64,000 nt of DNA from Azolla caroliniana (Eukaryota; Plantae; Polypodiophyta), in contig JBHGNT010000014.1 in NCBI GenBank assembly GCA_043228905.1, forward strand, positions 7,378,001-7,442,000, read 5' to 3'. The position numbers and the translations under genes are program-made. Positions within the stretch are counted from its first letter, which is position 1. The number at the start of each line of letters is the position of its first letter. Shown in pieces: positions 1-11,465 of this stretch. The notes under the pieces are model-generated. The model ran no database searches, was not told the DNA's origin, and saw only the letters and a list, made by a program, of their open reading frames with translations.

Positions 1-621
1 CCTTAGTAGTTGAGCGATCTCTTGGAGATATAAGAAGCAACTGACAGTCGCACTATCAAGCACGGACGCCAAATACAGGGGTGCGGTAGTCGCCACATGT
101 GAAGTTGTATGGCTCAAGTGTATTCTAAAGGATCTGGGCGTACCCATCAAAGATCTGATTCGCCTATACTACGACAACCTGAGCAACATCTACTTGGCGC
201 GAAACCCCATATTTCACGCACGTACTAAGCATATCGAAGTGCACTATCATTTCATTCACGAGCGCGTACAGGCTGCAGAAATCGATCTACAACATATTAG
301 TACGCACCTCCAAGTTGATGATATTTTTACGAAGGCCTTAGGAGTCGACAAGCTCGGGCAATTCGCATCGGATCTTGGTCTCACGACATTCCCATTGTCG
401 AGCTTGAGGGGGAGTACTGTGAGCGACATGTGCACTATATGCAATTGATCGAGTAGGCAACATTCAACGATACGTGAGTACACAACACGTAGTTAATCGA
501 ACCGAGTATGAAGCCGAAAAGCCATACAATCGAGTTCGAGGATTACGAACGGCAGAAGCCAAATTCCGAAGACTAAACCAAAACAACCTTTCAACAGATG
601 GAAGTTGTGTTCGAAGGGGCG
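1..621 (+). mobile_element. Ty1/copia (family C1) 3' internal fragment: RNase H C-terminus, 3' spacer, PPT
   Basis: ORF 194-448 ARNPIFHARTKHIEVHYHFIHERV...DIFTKAL is the copia RNase H end; purine tract GAAGGGG at 613-619 precedes the LTR. Confidence 0.9.
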
Positions 622-878
622 TGTTGAGAGTCGAACTCAACTTTCCATAGTAATACGTTTCACACTAGCTCATGGTTATACCAGGCTAGTTTTGTAAATA
701 ATAGAAAGGGCACCTACCCTAGTTTAGTTGGTATTTAAACCAACCTTTTGTAACTTAGTTACTGTTGGAAGTATTTTGGTTAATGTAACATACAATCATT
801 TATCTCTGTTTTGTCTTACGTACACACACAGAGTCCTTCCGCTGCATCTCAGCCACTCTTGCTCCTCATTCCTTTACA
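622..878 (+). repeat. 3' LTR of copia C1
   Basis: TGTTGAG...CTTTACA; homologous to LTRs 52144-52441 and 60161-60492, which are followed by the Met-i PBS TGGTATCAGAGC. Confidence 0.9.
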
Positions 879-991
879 AATGCGATATAGCTTTTTCCCC
901 TCTCATTTTTGTGTGTTTCTTTGTTTCACTCTTCCCTCACACGTAACACCCTTGGAATGGGGGTGAAGCCACCCAATAACACTGGCACGCC
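879..991 (+). repeat. 3' part of an LTR (same family as 3467-4030) interrupted by the copia, followed by an Arg-type PBS-like motif
   Basis: 879-970 matches 3898-3998; ends CAATAACA at 981, then TGGCACGCC at 983-991. Confidence 0.6.
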
Positions 992-2446
992 TGAACTACC
1001 AACCCTCCCTTTAGAGGAAGTCTATCCCTCAACAGCCGACCCTCCCTTTAGAGGAAGTCTATCCCTCACTCTCTATCTTTGTCACTAATCTCTCACTCTC
1101 CCTCTTTACGTGTCTGTTAATCTCTATGTTATAGAGTGTGGTGTTGTGGGTGGACTCTCTGGGTGAGCCAACCTCCAATGGAGATCTCATCACTGCCTTC
1201 CCCGTCTTCTTCCCCATTTGCTTCTTCTCTTGCTCTCAGAAGTTCCCTTAGCTTCAAGAATGGCCAGGCTAAGACCCTAGAGTGTTTCCTCAAAGCCATG
1301 CCCTGTTTCCTCACGATCAGGCCTATTTCGAACCCCCGAGGATGAGCGGGCAGAGCTCCATAAAGACTTCCTTGGGATTCGACATAGATTGATAGAAGCT
1401 TCAGAAAGCATTTGCTGCAGTCCATGAAGATGTAGAGCATGTGGCATTCGAGAGTAAAGTTTCATCTAGGAAAGATGAGACGAGAAGGGAAAGAATGAAG
1501 GAAGGATGGAAAGGAAAAGCCTCTTTACTTTTTCTGATTGGCTTGAATTTCTGTGCAGGAAATAAATAGAGTGATCATCTAATCCATGGGCCTTAGGATG
1601 CAATCTCTCATATTGGAGTGCACAGCAAAAGCCCTTGCTTTTCTCAACAGCAAACCAGTGGAAGAGAAAACCCATTTACCTTCCTTTCCTTCTATCAAAT
1701 TGTAGGCAGACCTCTTTAACATAGAAGATTTCAACTTTTGAAGAATCCTGGAGCTCATTTGGATGGAAAAAATGTTCTCTCTTTGCTCTTGGGTACTAGT
1801 GAAACATGTGCATATAAGAGTTGCTCAGCCTATAAGAATAGTGGTCATAGATCCTCCCAACATAAGAACGTTTGGTGATGATCAGGATTGTAATGATAAA
1901 TCAATATCGAGAAGTCATGGTCTCTACTGGCTGCCACAGATTACCCTAAACTCAAGCAATTCATTTGATGTGAGGCAGGATATTGCTTACTTGTCTTCCA
2001 TGCTAACATTCAAACTTGGGATCCACATAGAATGGGTTCAGCTATGGTTATCATGCAATGACAATGACAATGACAATGACAGTGACATTTACATTACAAA
2101 TGGAGTCCACCAGTTTTGAACAATGATCCATAGTCCTTTGAATTTTTATGGTTAATTTGTGTTCTTTATGGCAATTACTACGATTTTCATCTTGTGGTTA
2201 CGCAAAAATAAATGACGGTAGTTGATCGGATAGACACGACCATCGGACAGTAGTCGGCAAACGGCAAACGGCGGCCACGAAGAGATGGCTATGGACAACC
2301 TACGAACCGAGATGACCACTGACAGACAGTAGGCGGGAGAAGAAGATGATCATCAGAGAAAGAAGAGGATCATCGCCATCGGCGCTGCCACCACAGAAGA
2401 CAGGCATGATAGAAAAGAAGATAAATATAAGAACGCAAAAAAAGAC

Positions 2447-2896
2447 TGTTGAGAATCAAGCTCAACATAGTGCAACGTGTGAACACACCTTTTGAGAATT
2501 TATGATTACTTAAAGGTCAAGAGTCACACCACTACTCTCTACACATTTGTGTCATAGAATCATATTCTATGACACATAACTAATGAGTTACATATTCCCC
2601 ATGACTATGAGTCTTCACATTCCCCAAGAGAGAGTGGTTGTTGTAGTTAGTTAATGAAAAGAGAGGGTGACTATGTATAAAGCACCCTCCTCATACTTCT
2701 TACTAAGTCGGTTGCGACTCCTTATAATGCTACATTTTTGTATCTCATATGTTACTTGTGAATATACATATTCTTCTTGAGTACTTCATTGTGTTCCATT
2801 CTATCTAATTTATCTTGTTTTTCTCTCCTCTTCTCTCTTTCCTCTCACACATACACATCTCTTCCGCTACACAAGAATCACACCCGATTCTTTACA
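2447..2896 (+). repeat. Solo LTR (C1-related copia) with TSD AAGAC
   Basis: TGTTGAG...TTTACA termini; AAGAC at 2442-2446 and 2897-2901; TATAAA near 2676. Confidence 0.85.
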
Positions 2897-3466
2897 AAGA
2901 CACATACAAAGAAGAAGATAGAGGAAAGAATTACAACAAAAAATACAAAGAAGTGGAAGAAAACTTTGAAAGACAAATAGGGAGAAAAAAAAAGAGAAGA
3001 AGGAGAAACTAAAAAGAGAGAAGGGCATCGGATAAAAATTACAACAACACGAGGGCACGTAATTGAATTTCAAGAACCAGAGGGTAGCAGATGAAATTTC
3101 GAAAACTCAAGGGCCAAAAATAAAATTTCAAAAAATTTGAGGGTAAAAAAGAAAAGAAAAAGACCAATGGGTACAAAATATAAAACTCACTTCACATAAC
3201 GAAAGAAAAAATACACATACATGCAACATAATGTTAAGATCCATGCCGCAATAGACGAGCCAATTGGTGTGTGATCCAATCGAGTGACATGTTGATCGAG
3301 CCAGAAGGTTCGAGTCAAGCAAGCTCCGATCAAAGTTATCGATCGTAGAGCAGTGTTTCGGTCGAGGGATTTCCGACCGACGAGACGACCGATGGAGTTC
3401 TGGTCAAGAAAACTGGCATGGCGAGTGGGTTCACCGTGTGATGCACTGTCTCACAAGCGTTCCATC

Positions 3467-4030
3467 TGTTACCTGTAGGAGTATACGGGGAGGCGTAAAG
3501 GGTAAAACACGTTAAAGGGGTTGTCGTATTTGTGTAATGTATACGAGTGTGAGTGAGGATAAATGTGTGCGTGAACACATGCACAATTATGTGCATGTGA
3601 CAAAAATGTAACGGTCTTCTTTTTGTAACGGTCATATTATTAACTGTTACATTATGTACAATATAAACCCCTTATGGGGCATGTAATGCAATATAGCCTT
3701 TTCCCCTCCCATTTTTGTGTGTTTCTTTGTTTCACTCTCCCTCTCTTTCCCTCACACGTAACCCCCTTGGGAGGGGGTTGTGCGTGAACACATGCACAAT
3801 TATGTGCATGTGACAAGAATGTAACGGTCTTCTTTTTGTAACGGTCATATTATTAACTGTTACATTATGTACTATATAAACCCGTTATGGGGCATGTAAT
3901 GCGATATAGCTTTTTCCCCTCTCATTTTTGTGTGTTTCTTTGTTTCACTCTCCCTCTCTTTCCCTCACACGTAACCCCCTTGGGAGGGGGATGAAGCCAT
4001 TCTTGGCTTCACCCCCCGCCAACAATAAGA
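3467..4030 (+). repeat. LTR-like element with internal ~213-bp tandem duplication
   Basis: Starts TGTT; units 3566-3778 and 3779-3990 near identical, each with TATAAA; 3' part shared with 879-981; no clear TSD. Confidence 0.6.
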
Positions 4031-7000
4031 ATCTCAAGCAAGTGTTTCCAGAATTTTGAGATGAATTATGGGCCACGATCATTAATGATGTCATTTGGAA
4101 GACCGTGAAGCCGAAATACTTCTTTCATAATGATGTCTATAGTTTCTTTACAGTTGATGGTTTTCGTGCATGGAAAAAAATGTGTCGTCGTGTGAATCAA
4201 TCTACTACAGTGAGAATAGCATCGAAACTCTTCGAAATTGGGAGATCTGTAGTAAAATCCATCGAGATGGATTTCCACGGACCAATAGGAACTGGCAACG
4301 GTTGTAATAACCCATATGGTCGATGTCATGGAATCTTTGACTAACAACACACATCACAACTACGAACATAATCTTCAACAAACTCTCGAAGGTGAGGCCA
4401 CCAATACTTTAGAGAAACTAGCTCCAAAGTTTTATGGATTCCAAAGTGCCTGGCCATTGGATTTTCATGACAATATTGGATTACTTAAAGTCTAGACGAA
4501 CCATTTGGGACATACAAAAGAGTGTTACGAAAAAGTAAACCATTATCCCATTTAAACAAGTTATAATCTTTACGAGGATTCTTGGAGCTTGAAGAAGAAG
4601 CACGATCGGAAATTATATCATTCAATATATCTTGAGCAAATTCATCAGAAATGATATCTATTCGGATTGAATTAAGAAGACTTGAATCTTCAAATGCTTG
4701 AGAGGCATTAACAGTTAATAGTCATAACCAATTAGCCCCCAAGACAACTTGTCTTTGATGATCAAATGTCGGCTCGTGCCAAATAAGATTGTCATGAGAG
4801 AGCATTTGCCTTTCCTTGTTGTACTCTTGGGTGACATGTGATAAGGAAGTCAAAACGTGTTAGAAAATGTTCCCAACGAGCTTGGTGGTGACTCAAGAGA
4901 CTAGCACTTTGAAAGTATGTGAGGTTTTTATGATCATTGTAAACAATGATTTGGTGGGGAGAACCTTCTAAGAGATGTCTCCATTGTTCAAACGAGTCTA
5001 TAATGGCTAGAAGCTCTTTGTCGTGAATCTCATAATTGATCTTTGCGGCTTCGAAGTTGCGTTAATGGAAAGCAATTAGATGTAGCTTCCCATCATCTCC
5101 TGTTTGTGACAAGATACTTCCTAGTGCAAAATCAGACGCGTCCACCTCGATGATAAACGGTTTTTCTAGGTCAGCATGAAGTAGAATTGGAGTAGAAGTG
5201 AATGCTCTCTTTAGTCTTTCAAACTCTTTCGCTACACTAGAACTCCATGTGAATGACTTGTTCTTTCGTGTAAGCTTTGTGAGAGGCATCACAATGTTCG
5301 AATAATTCTTGATAAATTTGTGGTAAAAATTCACAAATCCTAAGAAACATTGAACATCACGCATTGAACGAGGTGGTTGCCAGTTTAGAACTGTCTGAAC
5401 CTTGGATGGATCCATAGATATACCTTTTTGTGAAACCACATACCCTAGAAACTCCACGCGGTTTTGATCAAAGCTACATTTCTCAAGTTTGGCATAGAGC
5501 CCATATTCTCGTAAGTGTTGGAAGAATTGATGGACATGTATGTCATGCTCTTCTTGAGTTTTCGAATAGATCAAGATATACTATGGTGAATGAATCCAAG
5601 AAGTCGCGGAAAATATCATTCACCATGTGTTGAAAAACCGTGGGTGCATTCGTGAGACCAAAAGGCATAATTGTGTACTCGAAATGTCCGTATCGAGTAC
5701 AGAATGTTGTCTTCCATTCATCTACTAGACGTATCCGAACAAGGTTATATGCACCTCGAAGTTCTAGCGTCGTGAAAACTTTAGTTCCACTAAGACGCTC
5801 TAGTAAACTCGATATCAAGGGTAGAGCATATCGATTTCGAACTGTGATTTTGTTTAAAGCTCGATAGTCCACGACCAGTCGTAGAGATCCATCTTTCTTC
5901 TTGACAAAGAAGATGGGTGCACCAACAGGACTTTCAGAATGTCGAATGAATCCATTTGCTTAGTGCTCGTCAATATACTCTCGAAGGGCCTTGAGTTCGG
6001 AAGGTGATAAATTATATATTGGGCCCCATGGTGGCTCTTTCCCAAGTTGTTGATCGATAGGACAATCATAAGGCCGATGGTCTAGGAGAGAACAAGCTTT
6101 CGCTTTGTTGAAGATGTCTTCAAAATCCAAGTACTTGGTTGGGAGGGGAGTATCTGCCCCTTGTGAGCTAGAGGATGGGTTTGCCATTACTGCAAAGACA
6201 AACATTTCATTTGTTTGCCCGTCTTCTCGTAATTTTTGTAGAGAGATGGGCGAGATTTGGTGAGGTTTTGAATCTCAGTTCGTAGTAACAAGGCAGCTGG
6301 ATTCAGGTTTCTGCTGGAAATCATTGATTGTTCGATTTCTCCAATCAATTTCAAGATTATGAAGTTCAAACCAAGGATAACTGAATGCTCAGGGTTACCA
6401 ATTATATTGAAGGAAATCATACAACCAAATCTACCAAGAACTACTCGAATTGGCTCAGATTCTTCAACTATATTCCTGGATGCAATAGGGCAACCATCAA
6501 TTACTACAACAGATGTAGGGCAAGGGAGGTTTCTCAGTAGGATTTTCTCAGATAAAGCAACTTCTTTGTCCATAAAACAAGAGTTGTCTCTTGAATATAA
6601 GAGAGTAGAGGCAAGAACTCGATGACACCTAGAAGTGCTAAGCTCAACTTGTGTTGAAAAAACTTTGCTAACATGATTCGATAAAATGGAACCGCTACTT
6701 GGGGTTGACTTTACATATTCAGGACTGTCCAACCAAATGGCTCTGATTTTGGTTGGACTTATTCGTTTAATATTTCATCAAGTTGACTCAAGACTTCAAA
6801 ACTATTGGACTGACCATGACATGTCGAGCTACTAGGGCTAGATGATCTAATTGGAGAATTTGAATGAAGATTCTCACTAATACTTACTTGATTTATTTGT
6901 CATTTTGGCCTATGTGGGAAAGTGATTGCGATGTGTCCTGGACCACCACAATACAAACATAAACTGTTTGCTCGACATCGTTGCTTCTTAGCTTCGGATA

Positions 7001-7920
7001 AAGGCCCTCGACGACGTGTTACATCAATCTCCATTGGACTTGGACAACCTGATGGAATCATGTGTGAAGTTTGGGTAGTGCTCGTAGGTGTTGAGACTAC
7101 TACCGAAGCATATGTTTGATCCATTCTTGGTCAAGACATTAATTGACGCCGTGAACGTCGCTCAAATAAGCGGTTGTCAAATCTCACTACACGACTTATC
7201 GCTTCTGTAAGTGATCTTGGATCTTCATGAAAACTTAAAAGCAAATCCTTTACAGCATTTCGTAGTCCATAGAAAAATTGATTCATTAAGGCTTCTTCAT
7301 CCCATGGAATATCACAAGCTAGGAGGGGAAATCTGCGACATAGGTAGAGGCAGGACGATTCCCTTCACGTAGTCTTTGAATCTTGTTAATCACTGCTCTA
7401 ACACTATCAGTGTCTCCAAATTTAGCTTGAAATTCTCTAATAAAACCTTCGAAGTCTTGGAGAAGAGGAGACTTCTTTTCTAGCAGTGGTGCAAACCACA
7501 TTAATGCAGTTCCTGTCAAGAGGGTCCCAACTAGTCCAACTTGAGTTGCATCAATCGATACCTATTAGGGTGCATATGAATTACTAAACGTACTTGGTTT
7601 AGAAATCATCGACACTATGATCAATTACCATCGAACTTCCCAGGCAAACAAATCTTCGGTTCTTTGGGAGAGGTTTGTTGCATTGAATCTTGTTGATGAA
7701 GAGACCGCAATGTTGTTTCGAGTTGCAATACACGTGTCAATAACTCATCATATTGTTGTGCTTTTTCTATGCTTACTTGTTGCAAATCTCCAAGAAATCA
7801 TTGATTCTCTTGTTCTAATGCCACAAACTTATTTGCGAGATGCTCTAGTTCAGAGATGACTCGAACATACTCTTGCTTGCTAACTGACTCCATGGAGACG
7901 ATAACGTTTAGCAAAGTTCT
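4031..7920 (-). mobile_element. Degenerate Ty3/gypsy chromovirus (Tcn1-like): gag, protease, RT, RNase H, part of integrase
   Basis: gag PSPMEID...RRGPLS...LCLYCGGPGH; [11 protein letters not shown]...RGAYNLVRI...MPFGLTNAP; RNase H EVDASDFALGSILSQ; integrase FRLHGLP.DI..DRGP; many stops and frameshifts. Confidence 0.88.
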
Positions 7921-7924
7921 CAAG

Positions 7925-9225
7925 GAGAAGGAAGGAAGGAAAAGAGATAAATAGATAGATAGATTATATTATCGTCTTCGGAGGTCAAATATGACCTATG
8001 AGACCAAAAATATTACATTTCAAATGATACGTGTGAAAGTAAGTAGTGACTCTCAATGTTCAAGAGCTTTACCAATGAATGTTGCAATCAAGAGTGCACA
8101 TTGTGGTTGTGAGAGGAATTCATGCAAGGATTGGGCTCAGTCGAAGAGATGTGGAAAGCATGGTTGAATATGATCAAAGGCAGAGCATTGTATCAAAGTG
8201 TGATACTCATATTCGCGAACTTGTTTAGGGAAAAGTGTGCATAGTCGACCACTCTCATCACTTGTGCCCCAACACCTTGTCTCACATCGCAATGCATGTG
8301 AGCTAAGTCGCATGGAAGCAATGGTTCGAGTGACAGATAATGGTATGGGCTCTAACATGTATCGATGTGTACGGTTTCCCCATTCCGTAAAGAATATGGT
8401 TTTGTAGTTAGGTGCAACATGTGTAGTATAATGTGTGAAGTGTGAGCCTCCACATTTGTCCCATGTCATGATACATTGGCGTTGCAAAAAGGCCTCATTT
8501 ACAGAGGAATCTAATGATGCATCATGAAGCAAGTGTCTCGCATCCCATCTACCAAACCATTTTTCTATATCTTGCATCCAACCGGAACACAAAATTTTGC
8601 TTTTATGTGTCTTTTGGATCTTTTTGCTTGCTTCCCATGAAATTCTAGGAAGTCGATGTGAGGGACTTTTTTGAACCTTAAGCATGTATTCAACAACCCT
8701 TTCCATGGCCATGATCTCAATGGGAAGCAATGCCATCTCAAGGAGGACGTGGGTGTAGGGCGTTGGTTTCTTAACTTGTAGAAACTTTGTAAGAAAATGT
8801 TTTGGACATTTTCAAAATCATTCCACATAGATTTAGGGATGCTACTGCCCCATACTTCCACCCCATAGAGAAAAACCGGTGTCACCAAAGTGTGGAAAAT
8901 ATATTTCTTGAGGACCCAATACTTAATATCTCCAAGATTACATGTGTTCTCAAATGCATAATATGATTGCGTACCTGCCTCTAAGCGGCGTGTAGCACAT
9001 TCATTCCATCTATGATTGGAAGGAACTTCAAGGCCAAGATATTTGATGCTTTCCACACATTCAAGTGACTGATTGTTGTACATAATGCATGGTTTTATCT
9101 CTTGTTTGCCTCTTCACAAGCATAATCTTTGTTTTAGAGCTATTGACACTTAATTTAGTATGCATGTAAAAATTTTCCAATGCCTTCATGAGCTTTTGTG
9201 CATCTCCTAATGTATTTGCATATAT
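7925..9225 (-). mobile_element. 5'-truncated LINE (RTE/RTEX-like): RT C-terminus and C-terminal Cys/His region
   Basis: LSVNSSKTKIM, LECVESIKYLG, LVTPVFLYGVEVWG, RLSSH.LRCE and RLC...E.EYH.LIQC motifs; short tandem-repeat tail near 7944-7965; sits between two parts of the Tcn1-like gag region. Confidence 0.8.
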
Positions 9226-9410
9226 ATCCCACAGACGACAATGTTCTTTGATCATCATTCACGTTGTTTCTTTATGGTTTCTTGAAGAGAAATCAAGTGA
9301 CTCATAAGCATTTTGTCCATTGCATTGGAATCAAGATTTGTTGGTGACCTCAGCTCATTATCAATCATACCCCCGAACTTTGCGGTGGCTTTACGAGTGT
9401 TTGCCATTGT
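9226..9410 (-). pseudogene. Probable N-terminus of the Tcn1-like gag (MANTRKATAK...)
   Basis: ATG at 9407-9405; short frame pointing toward the gag remnant on the other side of the LINE. Confidence 0.4.
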
Positions 9411-9689
9411 AGGGAAAAACCCTACGGGAAGAGAGAGACAGAGAGGGAGGGAGAGAGAATGTACCTTTCACTCGATTTAGGACTTCAAAATCTACCTTGA
9501 TTTTGATGAACCGTGGGGTAAAGATGGCTGCGGATGAAAATGCTCATAACTTCTCGCCACGGTAATGGAAAGAGACAAAGAGAGAGAGAGAGCTTAAAAC
9601 AGAGATAAACGACTATATGTTTCATTAACCAAAATACTTCCAACAGTAACTAGGAAGAAGAGATAAGGGAGGAGCATTTTGGATCAAAC

Positions 9690-9993
9690 TGTAAGAGCCA
9701 AAGCTAGGAACGAGTTTTAAAATGAAGAAGAGAATGAGAAGCGAAAGATATGAGAGAAATGAGAGAGATAAGAAGAATTTGATAATGTATTAACAATGAG
9801 AGCAAGGTTTACAAGAATATGTCGAAGACTAGCGTTGAACCAGAATGGTTCATCAATACTCAAATACATGTTTATATAGCATGGTTTGGATACATGCATG
9901 CTCGTCACCTCATAGGCACACATGATCACCACTTGGCATTCATGCAAATATGCAACTTGGTAATATTGCGTTAGCTTATGCAAGGTGGTGACA
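9690..9993 (-). repeat. LTR (TGTCACC...CTTACA on - strand)
   Basis: TG...CA termini, TATAAA on - strand near 9871-9876, CT-rich downstream part; no tRNA PBS seen. Confidence 0.55.
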
Positions 9994-10901
9994 TTTCAAT
10001 AATATTATTATATATATTTCCTATTGATATAATAGAATTTGTAATTTAATATGTAGAATATGATGTATCCTAATTGTTGAGGTTATATGTTTTTTTTGAC
10101 GAGGTCATGGGTTTGAATTACCATAAAGCTTATTGGGTTTTATATACACATGACACCTTGTCGGAGAACTGTGGCACATGAGGTTGTGTCATATGAGCGA
10201 GAAGGGGATGCAATGACAACCTCATTCCGGAGGTAAAGAATGTGCAATTTGAGAAGTGCACCAATTGTTTGGACAACAAGCAAAACATAACCTCCTTCCG
10301 ATCGAGGCCCCCGATTAGGAAGAAAATGCCGTTGGAACTCATGCATACGGATGTATGTTACGTGGATACAAAGTCGCATGCTGGTTCATAGTATTTCGTG
10401 ACCTTCATAGACGACTGTTTCTGGAAGTTGTGGGCTTCCGTGCTAAAGATGAAGGATCAAGTGCTATCCTTCTTCAAAGAGTTCCAAGCTACGACCGAGA
10501 GGGAAACCGACTGAAAACTGAAGGCAGTCTATGCAAAGAGTGCCGCAGACTGTTTGAAGAATATTACCGAGCGAAGGGAATTTGACTTGAGTATACCATG
10601 TGCCTATACGCTAGAGCTTAATGGGTTGGTCGAGATAATGAACCTGACAGTAATGGAGAGGGTCTGAAATATGCTTACACATGCAAAGTTACCGAAGATG
10701 TTCTAGGCTGAGCCGCTAATGACGGCAACGTATGTGATCAACTGATCACCGTTTGTACCCTTGGACGGTGATATTCCACAAAGGGTGTGCAACGACAAAG
10801 ACATTTCATATCAACACTTGAGGGTGTTCGGCTGTCTTGCCTATGTGCATGTTGAAAAGGACCAGAGGGGGAAGCTGGACCCGAAATCTCGCCCATGTAT
10901 A

Positions 10902-11465
10902 TGTTAAGAATCGACCAGCCACAACTGGTTTCACTTTTGTGTTCGGGTGCAAAGAATCGGTATAGACATTGCACAAACAGAAAATGTGAAGACAGAAAGA
11001 CAAGTACAGAGCCACAGAGTTTAACATGGAAAACCTGAAAGGGAAAAACCACGGGGGTCCACAAACCCCGAAAAACAGAATCATTAATAATGAGAAGTAC
11101 AAATATGAAGCTTGGAGGCAACGACCTCGAGATCTTCTTCTTCTAACTGACAGTTGCTGAATTACTACTCTCACTCTCACAATTAGAGAGGCAACCCCCT
11201 CACACGTAACTATACAACAAAGATTAACTACTACTACCCTATAAAGTTTGCCCTAGTTGCTTTATATATTAAAACAACTTTTAGGCTATTTACAAATATA
11301 GCCCACAAGGGGCACATTCAGACTATTTACAATTATAGTCTTCTGAATTGGCTATTGAATTGATTTCGGTTCTTGATTTCGATCTTCCGCCTCGGCCGAA
11401 ATACTGATTCACTTCATCCGATTTGATTCCTTCTCTTCCCATCTAGAGGAACCCGTTTCCCAACA
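10902..11465 (-). repeat. 3' LTR of level-2 copia
   Basis: TGTTAAG...CCAACA on +, next to the PPT complement AACTCCCCCT; paired with 35988-36559. Confidence 0.92.

Noticed and set aside
2900-3466. Possible host promoter or DNA-transposon end
   Set aside because: A-rich low-complexity sequence with no TIR, TSD, splice or coding support
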